Shown: in pieces, positions 34,166-37,151 of the stretch
How the letters are laid out: every line of letters begins with the position of its first letter
How positions within the stretch are numbered: the first letter of the stretch is position 1
Notes under the pieces: model-generated
The model's database searches: none
What the model was told of the DNA's origin: nothing
Seen by the model: the letters and a program-made list of their open reading frames with translations, nothing else
Assembly (NCBI GenBank): GCA_014729735.1
Contig: WJJN01000117.1
Location: 1-37,151, forward strand
DNA from: Candidatus Zhuqueibacterota bacterium
Lineage (GTDB): Bacteria > Zhuqueibacterota > Zhuqueibacteria > Thermofontimicrobiales > Thiofontviventaceae
DNA length: 37,151 nucleotides
Direction of reading: 5' to 3'
Made by a program: the position numbers and the translations under genes

Positions 34166-36229
34166 ATGAACCAACCTGAAATTACCTGGTCACTCATGCA
34201 CCCGACGCCATTGGATGTGGATTATTTCAATAAGGTGATCAAGGCATCTACGAAATATCATGTCGATAGCTTTGAAATTTGTGGCGAGTGTCATACGACT
34301 TATGGCGGTATAGATGGTTTAATTTTTTTCAAGGATTATCCTGCTGTCCGGCAACATGTCGATTCTACGATTATCAAAAGTAATCAGGAAAAATTGAATT
34401 CGATCATCCGAGCGGCGCATAACATTGGAAGACCGGTTTACCTCTGGCACCGGGAAATCATGCTGCCGGAGGCAATGCCCGAATTCGCACCGGAGCTTTT
34501 TGATGAAAACCTAGAGCTCGATCTATTTGGAAATGCCTTTCGCATTTTTCTTAAAAACAAACTAACTGAATTTTTTGAGTCAATCCCTAACCTTGACGGA
34601 CTGGTGCTTACCTTAACCGAAGCTGATTTCTCGGTAATTCACCACTCGGATTCAGATCGCTATCCGCCGGTGAAGGTGGTTGAATATATCGTGCGTATTT
34701 TTGCCGAATTTTTAAATATTCATAACAAACAGTTCATCTTGCGCTCTTTTGGTTCAATTGACAGGGATTACGAGGATATTTTAGCCGGTGCAGAATTAGC
34801 GGCAAAAGATTTTCACTTTGAAATTGAGACCAAAATTACGGCATTTGATTTCAATCCATTTTTCCCTGTGAATCCGTATTTAAAACATGTTCCCGGAACA
34901 ACATTGTCCGCAGAATGCGATAGTCTGGGCGAATTTATGGGAGCCGGGCAATTGCCTGCAGCCAATGTAGATAACATTGTCACCTATGTCAAAGCCGGAT
35001 ATGAACGCAAGATTGAACGGTTTGCCATCCGAGTGGATCGGGTCGGGAATTCCATAATTAATTCAGCGTATGAAATCAATCTTTTCGCTTATGATCAGGC
35101 GATAAAAAACCCGAAAGTGAACCCGGAGGAAATTTACAGCATCTGGGCGGAACAGCATTGTCCGGATTGCGAGCGGGAGTTGATTAATATATTGAAATTC
35201 GGATTTGAATATGTCACCAAAATGCTGTATATCGACGGACAATTGATTTTTCACACCAACCCGGTGTCACCGATGATCAAATGGTTAAAAGCCGGCGGTA
35301 TTCCGGCGGTTTTTCAGGAAAATGTATCGCTGGAAAATCACCGTCATATTTGGTCCATTTTTGATGAGAAACAATCACCCACTCACGAAAAAATTTTGCG
35401 GGAAAAAGACCAGGCAATCGAACTGGCGCTCGCTGTTCTGAAGAAACTGGATTTCACGAAAAACAAGATGAATCCTGATTTCTATAAAAAGCTCCGTCAA
35501 TTATGGGAAAATGCATTAAAAGTAGGTGTTGCTATTCGTGCGTTATGTGAGTGCTTATGTGCTTACGTCACAGACATGAGACAGCGAAAACCGAATTTCC
35601 CGGAATTAACTCATGCGATTAAGAATGCGCAGATGTCAATTCAACCGATTATTGATCGAAAGCAGAAAATAAAAGCACATGAGAATTCCGAATCTGTTTC
35701 CGATGCCATTGAACATGATATTTTCAAAGTTACATCAATTGAGGTGAACACTGTCTATCTGATACAGATTTTACACTTAATCGAAACGTTAGGAGACGAA
35801 TACATCGCCGAATTCAAAGAAAGTGCGCATTGGACAAAGCGGAAGGATATTGTCGACTACATTGTGTGTGGTGGTATCGCTGATGATTATCGGGTGAGTC
35901 GCTATATGCACGCCAGTCATGGATTTTTGAAAAATAGTCGAGTCTATCGGCAGGTGGGTAATCGCATGTTTCCCAATGGCTATATTGAATGTGCACTAAA
36001 AACGCGTTCAACCGGGAAATATAAACTAATCGTCAGTGGTGATCCGAATGCAAGTGAGGGATTTTCGATACTTATCAATGATCATTCAATCAATGCTGAA
36101 TATTCTGCAGATGGTTTCTGGGAACAAGCTATGGATCTGCCATCTGATGCCCAGCGAGTGACAGTGCGAATATCGAAACGAGGAAAAACTTTTCCACAAA
36201 TCTATTCGATCGCGATCGTTAAAATTTAA
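34166..36229 (+). CDS. hypothetical protein, no signal peptide (possible TIM-barrel-like N-terminal half + C-terminal beta-sandwich)
   Basis: A 687-aa uninterrupted ORF with coding-like composition; AAGGAA sits 9 nt before the ATG. I recognise no family motif. The C-terminal ~110 aa (GKYKLIVSGDPNASEGFSILINDHSINAEY...VTVRISKRG) look like a CBM-type beta-sandwich. Confidence 0.65.
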   Translation: MNQPEITWSLMHPTPLDVDYFNKVIKASTKYHVDSFEICGECHTTYGGIDGLIFFKDYPAVRQHVDSTIIKSNQEKLNSIIRAAHNIGRPVYLWHREIMLPEAMPEFAPELFDENLELDLFGNAFRIFLKNKLTEFFESIPNLDGLVLTLTEADFSVIHHSDSDRYPPVKVVEYIVRIFAEFLNIHNKQFILRSFGSIDRDYEDILAGAELAAKDFHFEIETKITAFDFNPFFPVNPYLKHVPGTTLSAECDSLGEFMGAGQLPAANVDNIVTYVKAGYERKIERFAIRVDRVGNSIINSAYEINLFAYDQAIKNPKVNPEEIYSIWAEQHCPDCERELINILKFGFEYVTKMLYIDGQLIFHTNPVSPMIKWLKAGGIPAVFQENVSLENHRHIWSIFDEKQSPTHEKILREKDQAIELALAVLKKLDFTKNKMNPDFYKKLRQLWENALKVGVAIRALCECLCAYVTDMRQRKPNFPELTHAIKNAQMSIQPIIDRKQKIKAHENSESVSDAIEHDIFKVTSIEVNTVYLIQILHLIETLGDEYIAEFKESAHWTKRKDIVDYIVCGGIADDYRVSRYMHASHGFLKNSRVYRQVGNRMFPNGYIECALKTRSTGKYKLIVSGDPNASEGFSILINDHSINAEYSADGFWEQAMDLPSDAQRVTVRISKRGKTFPQIYSIAIVKI

Positions 36230-36250
36230 CTTCATAAATGGAGTTGAGCA

Positions 36251-37151
36251 ATGCCATTAACCCGACGAGAGTTCATAAAAACCGTGATGGCTGGAAGTGC
36301 TTTATCGCTGTTTCACAGTCATTGTGGCTTAATGAATTCAATAAATAGAAAACCCAATATTGTATTCATTTTAATAGATGATATGGGTTGGAAGGACCTG
36401 GGATGTTTTGGTGCAAAGCTGCAAGAAACACCAAACATCGACAAGCTTTGTGCCGCAGGGGTGCGTTTTCCGCAGGCGTATACATCTACGGCTATTTGTG
36501 CTCCGGCCCGGGCAACGGTTTTAACCGGAAAACATCCGATGAAATTGCGCATGTGGAATCATTATCATTTCATCCCGAAAAGAGAAAAAATTCTGGCACA
36601 ATACCTGAAAGATGCAGGCTATCAGACTTGGCATATCGGGAAATGGCATTTGGGAAATGAGGAAGATCATACTCTCCCCACCGATTTGGGATTTGATGTC
36701 AATTGTGGTGGTGGTATTGCCTGGGCGCCGGGGTCGTATTTTTGGCCGTACGGGTGTAATACGGATGGTACAGGCGGAAATCCGAGAATGAGCGTTCCCG
36801 GACTGGTTCCTGATGGAAAAGACGGTGAATATCTCACCGACCGACTCACGGAGGAAGCACTGAATTTGCTTAACCAGAGAGATCCATCGAAGCCGTTTTT
36901 CCTTAACTTTTGGCATTTTGCGGTTCATAACAGAAAAGAAGGCAAGCCCGCACTTGTCGAAAAATATCGACGTAAAATTAAAGAATTGGGGCTGGAACCA
37001 ACCTACCGGATCGACCCACATACGAACAGCAAGTTGCTCACCAGTGAAACCAATGCAGTTTATGCTGCAATGATTGAGAGCGTTGATGAATCTGTTGGAC
37101 GTTTGGTGGATAAGCTAAAACAGATCGGTGAGTATGAAAATACTTTTTTTG
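36251..37151 (+). CDS. S1-family Cys-type sulfatase with Tat leader, 3'-truncated by window end (not in supplied ORF track)
   Basis: My own translation from ATG 36251 (GGAG 8 nt upstream) is open to the last base. It reads MPLTRREFIKTVMAGSALSL...KPNIVFILIDDMGWKDLGCFG...TSTAICAPARATVLTGKHP (Cys codon 36497-36499)...GKWHLG...PFFLNFWHFAVH...AMIESVDESVGRLVDKL. Confidence 0.88.
   Translation, partial: MPLTRREFIKTVMAGSALSLFHSHCGLMNSINRKPNIVFILIDDMGWKDLGCFGAKLQETPNIDKLCAAGVRFPQAYTSTAICAPARATVLTGKHPMKLRMWNHYHFIPKREKILAQYLKDAGYQTWHIGKWHLGNEEDHTLPTDLGFDVNCGGGIAWAPGSYFWPYGCNTDGTGGNPRMSVPGLVPDGKDGEYLTDRLTEEALNLLNQRDPSKPFFLNFWHFAVHNRKEGKPALVEKYRRKIKELGLEPTYRIDPHTNSKLLTSETNAVYAAMIESVDESVGRLVDKLKQIGEYENTFF

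Noticed and set aside
36388-37021. Track ORFs 36388..36660 (+) and 36521..37021 (-) at the window end.
   Set aside because: Both overlap the open sulfatase frame that starts at 36251, which has unmistakable sulfatase motifs. They are out-of-frame or antisense artefacts.
1-37151. Looked for tRNA/rRNA genes, CRISPR repeats, IS/transposase/integrase genes, toxin-antitoxin or phage-defence genes, and long direct or inverted DNA repeats.
   Set aside because: I recognised none by eye. The only repeated DNA is the protein-level T9SS CTD (four diverged copies) and the short intergenic motifs reported in the findings. A systematic repeat or covariance-model scan was not possible here.

Overview
All recognisable genes lie on the + strand. 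The window is a 37-kb glycan-utilisation island from a T9SS-bearing bacterium of the FCB group (Bacteroidota relatives). It opens with a small FUN14-type membrane protein. Next comes a regulatory head of ECF sigma factor, FecR anti-sigma and an STN-domain TonB-dependent transducer, followed by about 20 co-directional genes. These include four secreted proteins ending in the T9SS C-terminal sorting domain (QNYPNPFN...), two adjacent Tat-leader DUF362 paralogues, GH172 (DUF2961), a GH20 hexosaminidase and an FG-GAP propeller lipoprotein. There are two Cys-type (CxPxR) Tat-leader sulfatases; the second runs off the window and is absent from the ORF track. The remainder are GH31, a GH42-like protein, a nagA / NRAMP-like permease / nagB cassette, a beta-helix protein, a PKD + discoidin protein, a tandem alpha/beta hydrolase and several orphan proteins. 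I saw no SusD homologue, tRNA/rRNA, CRISPR array, mobile element or defence genes. The content suggests degradation of a sulfated, N-acetylhexosamine-containing glycan; this is inference only. The best candidates for new biology are: (1) the exported DUF362 pair, one copy carrying both a Tat leader and a T9SS CTD; (2) an unassignable ~380-aa module duplicated in two genes; (3) an NRAMP homologue lacking both metal-binding motifs, placed between a signal-peptide-bearing NagA and NagB; (4) a GH42-like protein whose acid/base position reads Phe; (5) a recurring motif upstream of several start codons. All family calls are from motif recognition by eye; no searches were run.
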